Part shown: positions 16,501 through 26,085 of the stretch, piece by piece
How the letters are laid out: every line of letters starts with the position of its first letter
Position numbering within the stretch: the first letter of the stretch is position 1
Assembly (NCBI GenBank): GCA_964194645.1
Contig: CAXMNF010000049.1
Span: 1-53,391 of the forward strand
Source of the DNA: an uncultured Gammaproteobacteria bacterium
GTDB lineage: Bacteria; Myxococcota_A; UBA9160; SZUA-336
DNA length: 53,391 nucleotides
Direction of reading: 5' to 3'
The notes under the pieces: generated by a model
Told to the model about the DNA's origin: nothing
The model's input: only the letters and a program-made list of their open reading frames with translations
Databases searched by the model: none
Position numbers and translations under genes: made by a program

Positions 16501-17802
16501 TCAGGAGCGAGGCGGAAGCGCGCCCGGGAACACCCTGGCGAACCCGAGGAAGGCCAGGAAGAACCCGCCGACGAAGCCCCCGGCAATCCCCAGCTCGATC
16601 CAGCCAAAGGGCGTCACCGGCGCCCCGGACAGCACCGCTTCGGGCGAAACCAACGACGGCGTGACCAGGATGTAGCGCTCGAGCCAGAAGCCGACCAGCG
16701 ACCCGAGGGCCACGGTGCCGAGGATCACCGGAGTCTTCTTGGGGCGCGCTCCGAGCAGCACCCAGAACGGAATCACCCAGCACAGGAACCAGGCGGAGAG
16801 CGTCAGCCTCGCGTACGGCTCGGAGATGCGCTCCCATAGGCCGGTCAGGTACGGGGCATCCGGCATGCCTTGCATGAACTGCGAGCCGAGCCGCGCGGCG
16901 ATGAAGCCGGTCTCTTCGGGGATGTTTCCGTACCAGATCACCAGGTACTGCGACCAGAACAGGTACATCCAGAAGATCGAGAAGGCGAAGACCATCTTCC
17001 CCAGGTCGTGGCGGCGCTTCTCGGTGATCTCGCCGCGCAGGTCCTCGGAACCGCGCATCACCACGCCGAGGAAGGCGGTCATGCTGACGGCCGACAGGAA
17101 GCCGCCCCAGCAGTAGTAGCCCGGAAACATGCTGCTCACCCAGTGCGGGGCGAGAGACATGATCATGTCGACGGCGATCACCGAGTAGCAAAAGGCGTAC
17201 GACAGAGTGAGCACCGCTGCGAGCTTGCGCAGGCGCCGCTCCGCCAAGCGCCGCTCGGCGTCCTCGCCGCGCCAACCGGCCGTCCAGCGCTGGTACAGGC
17301 CCGCGAAGCGCGGCGCGTTCTCGCGCAAGTCCCCGAGCATGGGGCGCACCGACATGTAGAGGTACGCGACCGAGAGTGCGGTCATCAAGAGCAGCGCGCC
17401 GAGATCGCGCGCGAAGGTAAAGCCCGGATCAAACCAGAGCTCCTTGCCTACGATCGGGTGATGGGTCCACTCGAAGAGCTCGTGACGCCCCAGCCACACG
17501 CCGGCGAAGAGCACCAGGGAGACCGGCACGAAGGCACCCAGCGAGTCGACCAGCCGGTGCACCGGGCCCTGCCAGCCGGCGTTCGTGAGCCGCATGGCCG
17601 CCGACAGCACCAACGCGCCCTGCGCGAGCGCCGCGAAGAGCAGCCAGTTGTGCAGGTATACCCGGTAGGTGCGGGCCACGGTCGCCTCGTCGGACGAGAG
17701 CGCGCCGACGGCGAAGGTCACCAGGCCCAGCAGCGCCAGGGCGCCGAATATCGGCGCCGCCCGCCGGGGCAGGTCGCGAGGCCGTGCGCGATCCGCGCTC
17801 AT
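16501..17802 (-). CDS. actF: Alternative Complex III subunit ActF (NrfD/PsrC-like membrane subunit)
   Basis: ATG 17802 overlaps the actE stop (ATGA). It is polytopic (about 10 hydrophobic segments) and is the last gene of the act cluster. Confidence 0.8.
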   Translation of the reverse strand: MSADRARPRDLPRRAAPIFGALALLGLVTFAVGALSSDEATVARTYRVYLHNWLLFAALAQGALVLSAAMRLTNAGWQGPVHRLVDSLGAFVPVSLVLFAGVWLGRHELFEWTHHPIVGKELWFDPGFTFARDLGALLLMTALSVAYLYMSVRPMLGDLRENAPRFAGLYQRWTAGWRGEDAERRLAERRLRKLAAVLTLSYAFCYSVIAVDMIMSLAPHWVSSMFPGYYCWGGFLSAVSMTAFLGVVMRGSEDLRGEITEKRRHDLGKMVFAFSIFWMYLFWSQYLVIWYGNIPEETGFIAARLGSQFMQGMPDAPYLTGLWERISEPYARLTLSAWFLCWVIPFWVLLGARPKKTPVILGTVALGSLVGFWLERYILVTPSLVSPEAVLSGAPVTPFGWIELGIAGGFVGGFFLAFLGFARVFPGALPPRS

Positions 17803-18338
17803 GACGGGCCTCCGATCTTCATGGTCCGCAGGTAGTTCACGATGTGCCAGCGGTCCTCGGGAGCGATCTGCGGGTAGCCGGGCATGCCGGGCTTGCCGTA
17901 GCGGATCTTGGTGAACAGGAAGCCATCCGGGTAGGCGGGAACCGCGAGCAGCGGAGCCGGCGGCATGCCGCTCTCGGCCAGGCGCTTGGCGACCGGTAGC
18001 TCCTCCAGGTTGCCCATGCCGTCCGCTCCGTGGCACACCTCGCAATAGATGCCGTACTGCTCCGCGCCCCGCGCCACCGAGGCGGCGCTGGTCGGCACGG
18101 GGTTCTGCAGCTGCATCGCCTCGGGCATGAAGGCCGGCGCAGGCGAGTCGATGCGCGGCTCGATGCCGCCCAACGGAATCGTGCCTTCGGGCGGTACCAG
18201 CGGAGCCACGCCTTCCTGCGACTGGACTGCCGGCTGTTCCTTCATCTGCGAGAACCACTCGGGCGAAACCTGCTCCCAGCAGCCGGCATTGGTCGCCGCC
18301 ACGAACAGCAGCGCGAGCGCGAACCTAGCCCTCGACAA
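17799..18338 (-). CDS. actE: Alternative Complex III subunit ActE (monohaem cytochrome c lipoprotein)
   Basis: Lipobox TNAGC, a single CEVCH motif and C-terminal IRYGKPGMPGY. TTG start with GGAGG 6 nt upstream. Overlaps actD by 14 nt. Confidence 0.85.
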   Translation of the reverse strand: MSRARFALALLFVAATNAGCWEQVSPEWFSQMKEQPAVQSQEGVAPLVPPEGTIPLGGIEPRIDSPAPAFMPEAMQLQNPVPTSAASVARGAEQYGIYCEVCHGADGMGNLEELPVAKRLAESGMPPAPLLAVPAYPDGFLFTKIRYGKPGMPGYPQIAPEDRWHIVNYLRTMKIGGPS

Positions 18339-18828
18339 CGCGCACCTCCGAGCAGCCGGCCTGGTTCAGCAGTTCCTGCACCCGGGCGATCTGGTCGCCG
18401 TGGCAGTTCACCAGGCAGCCGAACTGGTCGCTGCTGAAGGCCGGCCGATAGGCCTGCCCGTTCGGCTTCGACAGGGCCAGGCCGTGCACCAGCAGACCCA
18501 GCACGGTGAGCACGCCACCGAACAGGATGGTGAACTCGAACGCGATCACCGTATACGCGGGGATCGATGCGAAGGGCTTGCCCCCGACCACCATTTTCCA
18601 GTCGTAGGACATCCAGATGGTCATCAAATAGCCGAGGCACACGCCGGCGAGCCCCCCGATCAGGGTCCAGGCGCGCACCCAGCTGGGCCCGCGCGCCACG
18701 GCTTCCTCGATCTCGTGGCTCGGGACCGGCGAGTAGGCATCGACCTCGTCGAAGCCGGCCTCGCGCACCGAGCGCAGCGCGGCCGCGGTCGCCTTGGGGT
18801 CGCTGAGCACGCCGAGCACCGTCGCCAT
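18325..18828 (-). CDS. actD: Alternative Complex III subunit ActD (DUF3341-type)
   Basis: Soluble N-terminal domain plus two TM helices. Positioned between actC and actE. Confidence 0.8.
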   Translation of the reverse strand: MATVLGVLSDPKATAAALRSVREAGFDEVDAYSPVPSHEIEEAVARGPSWVRAWTLIGGLAGVCLGYLMTIWMSYDWKMVVGGKPFASIPAYTVIAFEFTILFGGVLTVLGLLVHGLALSKPNGQAYRPAFSSDQFGCLVNCHGDQIARVQELLNQAGCSEVRVVEG

Positions 18829-18829
18829 G

Positions 18830-20161
18830 TTAGTGGCCCTCCGCCCGGTGGTAGTGGAGTTCCTTGGTCTCCTGGATGGCGATCACCGGGAACAGTCGCA
18901 GGAAGATCATGAACAGCATCAGGAACCAGGCGAAGCTCGCGGCCAGGATCGTGAGCTCCACCCAGGACGGCGTGTAGTAGCCCCAGGCCGCGGGGCTGTA
19001 CTCGTGCGAGAGCCCGGTGGTGATGATCACGAAGCGCTCGAACCACATGCCAAGGTTGATGAAGATCGCGATCACCCACATGGTCGGCACGTGCATGCGC
19101 ACTCGTTTGATCCAGAGCGGCAGCGGCACGAGTATGTTGCAGGAGATCATGATCCAGGTGGCCCACCAGTAGTCGCCGAAGGCGCGGTGCCAGAACGACA
19201 TCTGCTCGTAGGGGTTCGCGCTGTACCAGGCCATGAAGAACTCGACCGCGTAGGAGTAGCCGACGATCGTCGAGGTGAGCACGATGAACTTGCCCATGTT
19301 GTCGAAGTGCTCGAGACGGATGTAGGACTCCAGGTGGAACGCCCTGCGCACCGGTACCAGCACCGTGATCACCATCGCCATGCCCGAGAAGATCGCGCCG
19401 GCCACGAAGTAGGGCGCGAAGATCGTGGTGTGCCAGCCGGGCACCAGCGACACCGCGAAGTCCCACGAAACCACGCTGTGCACCGAGAGCACCAGCGGCG
19501 TCGCCAGCCCCGACAGGTGCAGCACGGCGCGCGAGTGATGCCGCCACTGCTCCGAGGTGCCGCGCCAGCCCATCGCCAGGATCCCGTACAGGTGACGCCG
19601 CCAGTCGGTGACGCGGTCGCGGGCCGCCGCGACGTCGGGGATCAGGCCCACCGCGAAGAACAGGATCGAGATGATCGTGTAGGTCCCCACCGCGAACACG
19701 TCCCACTCGAGCGGCGACTTGAAGTTGGTCCAGAGGCCCCGCTGGTTCGGGTAGGGGAACATGTAGTAGAACTTCCAGAGCCGCCCGAGGTGGATCAGTG
19801 GGAAGAGCCCGGCCGTGATCACCGCGAAGACCGTCATCGCCTCGGCGCCGCGGTTGATCGCGTTGCGCCAGGACGCCCGGAACAGGAAGAGGATCGCCGA
19901 GATCAAGGTGCCGGCGTGCGCGATGCCGACCCAGAACACGAAGGTCGTAATGTACACGCCCCACATCACCGGGTGCATCAGGCCGGTGACACCCATACCG
20001 AAGTAGGTCTGGACGGCGAGCGCGACCACCCCAGCCCCGACCAAGCCGAGCAGGCCCAGCACGGCCAGCACGTAGAGCGGCGACGGCGGCTTCAGGACCG
20101 CGAGGATGTCCTCGTTGTACTGATCAGCCGTCTGCGGGACGGCCTCGCTGATCGCAGCCAT
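18830..20161 (-). CDS. actC: Alternative Complex III subunit ActC (NrfD/PsrC-like quinol-interacting membrane subunit)
   Basis: 443 aa and polytopic, with NrfD-like motifs (WGVYITTFVFWVGIAHAGTLISA, WxxxFxxxR). Lies immediately downstream of actB. Confidence 0.85.
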   Translation of the reverse strand: MAAISEAVPQTADQYNEDILAVLKPPSPLYVLAVLGLLGLVGAGVVALAVQTYFGMGVTGLMHPVMWGVYITTFVFWVGIAHAGTLISAILFLFRASWRNAINRGAEAMTVFAVITAGLFPLIHLGRLWKFYYMFPYPNQRGLWTNFKSPLEWDVFAVGTYTIISILFFAVGLIPDVAAARDRVTDWRRHLYGILAMGWRGTSEQWRHHSRAVLHLSGLATPLVLSVHSVVSWDFAVSLVPGWHTTIFAPYFVAGAIFSGMAMVITVLVPVRRAFHLESYIRLEHFDNMGKFIVLTSTIVGYSYAVEFFMAWYSANPYEQMSFWHRAFGDYWWATWIMISCNILVPLPLWIKRVRMHVPTMWVIAIFINLGMWFERFVIITTGLSHEYSPAAWGYYTPSWVELTILAASFAWFLMLFMIFLRLFPVIAIQETKELHYHRAEGH

Positions 20162-20165
20162 CGCT

Positions 20166-23111
20166 CTACGCCTTGCCGGTTTCGCCGCGCCGGATCGACT
20201 TGAGATACGTCACCGCCGGGCGCGTGTTCAGGTGCTGGAAGACCCAGTAGGCCCGGCCGTCGGCGCGCTGCTTCGAGACTCGGCTCGCCGGATCCTTGTG
20301 GTTGCCGAAGGTGATCGCCTGCGAGGGGCAGGTCTGCGCGCAGGCGGGGATCACCTCGCCGTCTCGCACCTTGCGGCCCTCGATCACGGCCTGGTCCTTG
20401 GCGGCGCTGATGCGCTGCACGCAGAAGGTGCACTTCTCCATCACTCCCTTGGAGCGAACCGTCACGTCCGGGTTCAGGCGCAGCTGCTCGGGCTCGCGCA
20501 GGAACCTGTCATAGGCGAAGTAATTGAAACGCCGCACCTTGTAGGAGCAGTTGTTGGCGCAGTAGCGCGTGCCAATGCAGCGGTTCGGCACCATCACGTT
20601 CAGGCCTTCGTCGTTGTGATAGGTGGCGAAGACCGGGCAGACCGGCTCGCAGGGCGCCGAGCCGCAGTGCTGGCAGAGCATCGGCGCGTGGCGCACTTCG
20701 ATCTCGTCGCCGTGGTGCTCGACGTAGCGTTCCAGGCGAATCCAGTGCATCTCGCGGCCCTGGCGCACCAGCTCTTCGCCGATCGTGAAGATGTTGTTTT
20801 CCTGGACACAGGCGGTCACGCAGGCGTTGCAGCCCGTGCAGGCATCCAGGTCGATGACCATGCCCCAGCGGTAGTCGGGGCTGCGCGCGTCATCAGCGGG
20901 ATCGAAGTCCACCGTCTCCAGGTGCATCGCGTCGGCGTAGGGCGGCTCGTGCTGCTCGCCGCCGTGCGCAGGCGCATGGTGGTTGCCGGCGTCGAGACCG
21001 AGCACCGCCGCCATCGTGGTGGCCTGAGCGATCCCGCGGCCCTCCTGGTCGAAAGTGGGCTGTGTCAGCGGCATCAGCAGCTTCGCGCCGGTCTTCTCGG
21101 CCCGAACCTTGGCTGACAGCCAGGCCAGCGCGCCCGACTCGGAGTCGGTCTTGCCGGAGAGGAGTGTGAAGGCATTCGCCCCGATCTGCGAACGCAGCTT
21201 CAAATAATCGGGGTCGGGCGCGCCGGGCTCCACGGGCTGGTGTCCCTGGCCCGCCTCGATCGCGATCACCTCGGGGCGCACGGTCTCGTGCACGACGACC
21301 GGAAGCTCCAGCTGCCCCGCCTCGCTAGTCACGCGCAGCACATCGCCGAACTCCACGCCGAGGCGGGCGGCCGTATCGGGGTGCAGCTCCGCGTAGCTAC
21401 CCCAGACGAGCTTCGTCACGGGGTTCGGCACTTCCTGGAGCGTCGCGAAGCGCGCGCTGCGCCCGTCGTAGAGACCAAGCGACGGGTAGACCAACAGCAC
21501 CAGATCGCCTTCGCCCGAGAGCTTGGCGTTCTCGAAGGCGGCCGTCGCTGCACCCGCCGAGAGCGTCACGCTGCGCTGCGGCGCGGGGTTGAACACGCCG
21601 CCGTTGGCGAGTGCCTGGTCAAAGCCGACGTCGGCCCAGCGCGCCGCGATCGCGTCCTTGAAGCTCCCAGCGGGGAGGCTCTCCCCAACGCCGAGCGCGC
21701 GCGCGGCCTCGAGCAGCACGTCCCCGGTCGCGCGCGTGTCGCGCAGCGGACGGACGGTCGGCTGTTGGAGCAAGCGCACGCCGCGCAGCGGCTCCGCGTC
21801 GCCCCACGACTCGTAAGGCGTGTGATCGGGCAAGACCAGGTCGGCCAGGGCGGTCGTCTCGTCGTTGGCGGAGGCGAAGCTCACCGTGAAGGTCGACGCC
21901 ATCGCCTCGGCGAAGCCCAGGGCCGGAGCGGCGTATACGGGATTCGCGCCGTGAACGAGCAGCATCCCGACCGCCTTGGAGCGCAGGCGGCCGGCCAGGT
22001 TCTTCAGGTCGCTGAAGCCGCCCAGCCGTTCCAGGTTGTGGTCGGGCCCGAACACGACGGTCTTGCCGATCGCCCCGCTCGCGTAGTTGAGCAGCTGCAC
22101 GGCCGCGGCGAGCCCCGTGGCATTGCTGCCCTGCATCTCGTTGCCCGGAGGCAGCGCCAGCGGCGCGTCTGCATCGGCGATACGCCGCGCCAGGCGGCGG
22201 ATCCGCTCGACGGGGATCCCGGTCGCCTCGGCGGCGCCGGCCGTGGTCTGAGAGCGCAGCCGCCCCGAGAGGGCGCCCAGGTCGGCGCGCTTCACCAGCG
22301 CGACCTCGCGCAGCAGCGCCAGCGCCAGCTGCATCTCGGTGCCCGGAACCGGGGCGAGCCACTCGTCCATGTCGGCGCCGGAAAGTCCCAGCCGGGGACC
22401 CACGTACACCGCGAACGCCTTGCCGCCACGCCGCGCTTCGGCGTAGCCGATCTGCTGCTTCACCGGCGACAGCCAGGTCTCCTGCCAGTCGGCACCAAAC
22501 GACACGATCAGGTCGGCCCGCTCGAAGCGGAACTGCGGCACGGTGGCTGTGCCGAACAGCTGCTCATTGGCCTTGCGCAGCGACTCGTAGGCGAACGGCT
22601 CGAAGCGCACCCGGTTCGGCGAGCCGATCGCCGCCAGCAGGTCGTCGATCAGGCCGTCGAGCGTACCGGTCTCGAGACCGCCCAGGAACGCGACCTTGCC
22701 GCTGTGCTCGCGCAGCTTGTCGACCAGGATGGACAGGCCGTCCTCCCAGGTCGTAGGCACCAGGTTCCCGTCGGCGGCGCGCTTCAACGGACCGGCCAGC
22801 CGCGAGGCGTCGTATGTGCGCAGCAGGCTCGCCTGACCGCGCACGCACAGGCGGCCCTGCGAGATCGGATCCGCCGGATTGCCATCTACCTTGATCGGGC
22901 GGCCTTCGCGCGTCTTCACGATCAGGCCGCAGGAGGCCGGGCACTCGCGGCAGGTGCTGGCGTAGAAGCTGGCGATGCCGGGCGTGACTTCTTCCGGCTG
23001 ATTCAGGTAGGGAACTATCTTCTCGACCGGCTCGCGGCAGGCGGCGGTCGCGGCGGCGCCCGCGGAAAGGCCCACGATCTTCAGGAAGTCTCTGCGATCG
23101 ATCTCCGGCAT
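20166..23111 (-). CDS. actB: Alternative Complex III subunit ActB (fused molybdopterin-oxidoreductase-like B1 and 4Fe-4S ferredoxin-like B2 domains), Tat-type signal
   Basis: ATG 23111 gives MPEIDRRDFLKIVGLSAGAAA (twin-arginine). The C-terminus has the Cys clusters CTGCNACVTAC, CQHCGSAPCEPVCP, CIGTRYCANNC and CAQTCP. Confidence 0.9.
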   Translation of the reverse strand: MPEIDRRDFLKIVGLSAGAAATAACREPVEKIVPYLNQPEEVTPGIASFYASTCRECPASCGLIVKTREGRPIKVDGNPADPISQGRLCVRGQASLLRTYDASRLAGPLKRAADGNLVPTTWEDGLSILVDKLREHSGKVAFLGGLETGTLDGLIDDLLAAIGSPNRVRFEPFAYESLRKANEQLFGTATVPQFRFERADLIVSFGADWQETWLSPVKQQIGYAEARRGGKAFAVYVGPRLGLSGADMDEWLAPVPGTEMQLALALLREVALVKRADLGALSGRLRSQTTAGAAEATGIPVERIRRLARRIADADAPLALPPGNEMQGSNATGLAAAVQLLNYASGAIGKTVVFGPDHNLERLGGFSDLKNLAGRLRSKAVGMLLVHGANPVYAAPALGFAEAMASTFTVSFASANDETTALADLVLPDHTPYESWGDAEPLRGVRLLQQPTVRPLRDTRATGDVLLEAARALGVGESLPAGSFKDAIAARWADVGFDQALANGGVFNPAPQRSVTLSAGAATAAFENAKLSGEGDLVLLVYPSLGLYDGRSARFATLQEVPNPVTKLVWGSYAELHPDTAARLGVEFGDVLRVTSEAGQLELPVVVHETVRPEVIAIEAGQGHQPVEPGAPDPDYLKLRSQIGANAFTLLSGKTDSESGALAWLSAKVRAEKTGAKLLMPLTQPTFDQEGRGIAQATTMAAVLGLDAGNHHAPAHGGEQHEPPYADAMHLETVDFDPADDARSPDYRWGMVIDLDACTGCNACVTACVQENNIFTIGEELVRQGREMHWIRLERYVEHHGDEIEVRHAPMLCQHCGSAPCEPVCPVFATYHNDEGLNVMVPNRCIGTRYCANNCSYKVRRFNYFAYDRFLREPEQLRLNPDVTVRSKGVMEKCTFCVQRISAAKDQAVIEGRKVRDGEVIPACAQTCPSQAITFGNHKDPASRVSKQRADGRAYWVFQHLNTRPAVTYLKSIRRGETGKA

Positions 23112-23128
23112 GGCCGTGCTCTCCCCGG

Positions 23129-23722
23129 TTAGTAGTGGCAGGCGGCGCAGTCGTCTGCGGCCCCGCGCTCCAAATGGCAGTTCATGCACCAACCCATCTC
23201 GAGCTTCGCCGCAGGCAGGAAAGCACTCGAGGGACGCAGCACCGTATCCGGCACCAGCCACACGCGATTCATGCTCTCGACCGGACCGTGGCAGGTCTGG
23301 CACTCGACCCCCGCATGGCTGTGGCGGAAGTGCTTGAACTGCACGTGCTCCGGAAGGTTGTGGATCTTCAGCCAGGGAATTGACTCGCCCTGCTGGTAGA
23401 ACTCGTGCAGCTTGGCGATCTCCTCGGCACTGCCAGGGGATGCGCCCTCCTTCACCCACTGGTGGCAGCCCATGCACACCGAGACCGCAGGGATCGTGGC
23501 GTGTTGGCCCTTGTCCGCGGTCGTGTGGCAGTACAAGCACTCGATTCCGAGCTTGCTCGCGTGCACCGCGTGGCTGAACTGGATCGGCTGCTCAGGGCCC
23601 GACAGTTCGTCGTCGGTGTAGTCGTAGAGACCGCTTGCTGTGGCGCCAACGACCAGCGCAGTGCCCAACAGGGCGCAGAAACTCACAACGGCGCGTGTCG
23701 GGATTCGCATGGCCGGCGGCAT
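23129..23722 (-). CDS. actA: Alternative Complex III subunit ActA (pentahaem cytochrome c)
   Basis: Five CxxCH motifs: CLYCH, CMGCH, CQTCH, CMNCH and CAACH. N-terminal TM anchor. The start could instead be ATG 23710. Confidence 0.9.
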   Translation of the reverse strand: MPPAMRIPTRAVVSFCALLGTALVVGATASGLYDYTDDELSGPEQPIQFSHAVHASKLGIECLYCHTTADKGQHATIPAVSVCMGCHQWVKEGASPGSAEEIAKLHEFYQQGESIPWLKIHNLPEHVQFKHFRHSHAGVECQTCHGPVESMNRVWLVPDTVLRPSSAFLPAAKLEMGWCMNCHLERGAADDCAACHY

Positions 23723-23784
23723 GGTTAGCTTGAGGCGAAGGCAGCGTCAAGGGATGGAGATGAACATCGATGACGCTCCCGTCG

Positions 23785-24420
23785 TCAGAAATTCGGCTGG
23801 TCCGCTCCTTGCACTCCGAAGTGCAGCGACACGTGCGGCACGCGCTGGGCGCCAGCGCCCTTGGGCCGCAGCACGGCCACCCCGGCGTGCTCGAAGGCGA
23901 AGGGAACCTCGTCGCGCAGCGGCACGCCGAGCAGGATCTGGAGCAGATAGTTGAGCAGGCCGCCGTGCGAAACCAGCAGCAGAGGCGCGTCTGCGCGCAG
24001 TTCGCGGGCGACCCGCTCGCTGACGCGGCGCGCGCGCGCCAGGAACGCGTCGCGCGTCTCGCCGCCTGGAGCGGTGTAGCCGCTGGCTGCGATGCGCTCG
24101 ATCACGCCGTCTCCGAAGCGAAAGTCGGCGGGGTGACGCAGCCGCGCCTCGTCCCGCGAAAGGCCGTCAAGCGCGCCGAGCGAGCCCTCCGCCAGGTCGG
24201 GGTCGACCTCCACCGGAATGTCGCGGCCCGCGAGCACCAGCCGCGTCGTTTCCCCCGCACGCTGCAGCGGAGACACCAGGCAGGCGCGGAACGGGAGCTT
24301 CGCCAGACGTTCGCCCAGCTCGCACGCCTGGCGCCGGCCGGGCTCGGACAGTCCGAGATCGCCGAAGCGCGCCTCGCTCGCGCCCAGGTCCTGCGCGTGG
24401 CGGACCAGCCAGACGCTCAC
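23785..24420 (-). CDS. Histidine phosphatase family protein (phosphoglycerate mutase / CobC-like)
   Basis: GTG 24420 overlaps the cstA TGA (GTGA). Motifs LVRHAQ, SPLQRAGET and VSHGG. Confidence 0.8.
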   Translation of the reverse strand: MSVWLVRHAQDLGASEARFGDLGLSEPGRRQACELGERLAKLPFRACLVSPLQRAGETTRLVLAGRDIPVEVDPDLAEGSLGALDGLSRDEARLRHPADFRFGDGVIERIAASGYTAPGGETRDAFLARARRVSERVARELRADAPLLLVSHGGLLNYLLQILLGVPLRDEVPFAFEHAGVAVLRPKGAGAQRVPHVSLHFGVQGADQPNF

Positions 24421-26075
24421 GCGGGCGCGGGCTCGCGCGCCAGGAGGCGCAGTCCCTCGGCCAGGATCCACACGTCCAGCACCAGGATGCCGCCCGACAT
24501 GGCGCCCAGCAGCACGTTGCCGTCCGCGATGTGGCCGCGCAGCTCGCTCGCCATCGCGACCAGGGTCGCGAGCACGACCAGCACCATGGGCACGAGCGTG
24601 TAGACCACGGGACGCCCCAGGCGCCGCAGCCAGATGGTGACGATCAGCAAGGTGATGCCCGCCACCAGCTGGTTCGTCGTGCCGAACAGCGGCCAGAGCG
24701 CCAGTCCACCGGTGCCGCCGGCCTGCGTTGTGGCCAGCAGCAGGGCCGCGCCGACGCCGATGCCCGCTGAGAGGTAGCGGTTCCGCAGCGGGCGCAGACC
24801 GGTCGACTCGCCGAGTTCCACGAGAATCAGGCGCAGGATGCGCGCGCCTGTGTCGAGCGAGGTGGCCGCGAACGCGATCACCATGACCGCGATGAAGGTC
24901 TGCGCGGTCTCTGTGGGGATCCCGAGGCTCGCCACGAAGCTCGCGCCGCCGTTCACGAACGCCTGTAGCTTCGGCCCCAGTCCAGCCGCCGCGGACCAGC
25001 CCGCGTAATGCGCGGCCCACTCCTCGTGCGACGCGAACCCCGCCGTGGTCGCGAGCACGGCCAGCAGCGCCAGGGTTCCCTCGCCGAGCATCGCGCCGTA
25101 GCCGATCGGACGCGCGTCGCTCATGCACGCCACCTGTTTCGAGGTCGTGCCCGAGGAGACCAGCCCGTGGAAGCCGGAGATCGCGCCGCAGGCGATCGTG
25201 ATGAACAGGAACGGGAGGAGCGGCGGAGCGCCGGCCGGCGATGGGTTGAAGGCCGGCGCCTGCATTTGCGGCTGTAGCACCGCCAGCCCCAGCAGGAGCA
25301 GCGCGAGGCCGGTCACCAACTGGTGCGAGTTCAGGTAGTCGCGCGGCTGAAGCAGCAGCCAGACCGGCAGCACCGACGCGAAGAAGGAGTAGCCGAGCAG
25401 CAGCCAGACCCACGTGGAGACCGAGATCTCGCCGAGGAACGGCAGGGCGTCGGCCACCGCCTGCCCGTAGAACACCGAGATCAGCAGCAGCGCGTAGGCC
25501 AGCAGCGACGGCGCCAGGATCGGCACCGCGCGCCGGTACACCAGCCAGCCGAGCGCGACGGCGAGAATGATCTGGACGTTGATCGGAAAGATCGACGCCG
25601 GGTAGTCGCGAAAGAGCGTGCCGATGATGAAGGCGAAGACGGCCAACACGATCCAGATCAGCACCGCGATGATCGCCAGGAAGAGCGTGCGCGCCCGCGG
25701 ACTGATCACGTCGGCGGCGATGTCGCCGATCGAGCGGCCGCGTTTGCGCAGGCTGATCACCAGCGCCGAGAAGTCGTGCACCGCCCCCATCGCCAAGGTG
25801 CCGAACACCACCCAGATGAGCGCCGGAACCCAGCCCCAGATCACCGCAAGCGCCGGCCCGACGATCGGCGCGGCTCCCGCGATCGAGGTGAAGTGGTGCC
25901 CCCAGAGCACGTGTGCGGGGGTCGGCACGTAGTCGACCCCGTCCTCGAACTCGCGCGCTGGCACCAGCTCGTCCGGATCCAGGCCAAACACGCGGCGCGC
26001 CAGGAAGCTCGCGTAGAAGCGGTAGCCCAGCGCGAACAAGGCGATGGCCACGAGCGCGAGCAGGGCGGCGTTCAA
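24417..26075 (-). CDS. cstA: Carbon starvation protein A (peptide/pyruvate transporter family)
   Basis: Motifs LGYRFY, GHHFTSIAGAAPIVGP and GAVHDF. Many TM segments. TTG 26075 is chosen because the upstream gene stops at 26086. Confidence 0.88.
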   Translation of the reverse strand: MNAALLALVAIALFALGYRFYASFLARRVFGLDPDELVPAREFEDGVDYVPTPAHVLWGHHFTSIAGAAPIVGPALAVIWGWVPALIWVVFGTLAMGAVHDFSALVISLRKRGRSIGDIAADVISPRARTLFLAIIAVLIWIVLAVFAFIIGTLFRDYPASIFPINVQIILAVALGWLVYRRAVPILAPSLLAYALLLISVFYGQAVADALPFLGEISVSTWVWLLLGYSFFASVLPVWLLLQPRDYLNSHQLVTGLALLLLGLAVLQPQMQAPAFNPSPAGAPPLLPFLFITIACGAISGFHGLVSSGTTSKQVACMSDARPIGYGAMLGEGTLALLAVLATTAGFASHEEWAAHYAGWSAAAGLGPKLQAFVNGGASFVASLGIPTETAQTFIAVMVIAFAATSLDTGARILRLILVELGESTGLRPLRNRYLSAGIGVGAALLLATTQAGGTGGLALWPLFGTTNQLVAGITLLIVTIWLRRLGRPVVYTLVPMVLVVLATLVAMASELRGHIADGNVLLGAMSGGILVLDVWILAEGLRLLAREPAPA

Positions 26076-26085
26076 GATGCGGGTC

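Noticed and set aside
23785-25413. 542-aa ORF suggesting a large protein overlapping cstA.
   Set aside because: Only the last 211 residues (from GTG 24420, which overlaps the cstA stop) show histidine-phosphatase motifs. The rest is GC-noise translation of the cstA antisense frame. The same logic was used to trim ORFs 823-1977, 16501-18258, 20166-23540, 26086-26805, 26495-27448, 27271-29868, 30295-31440 and 39509-41614.
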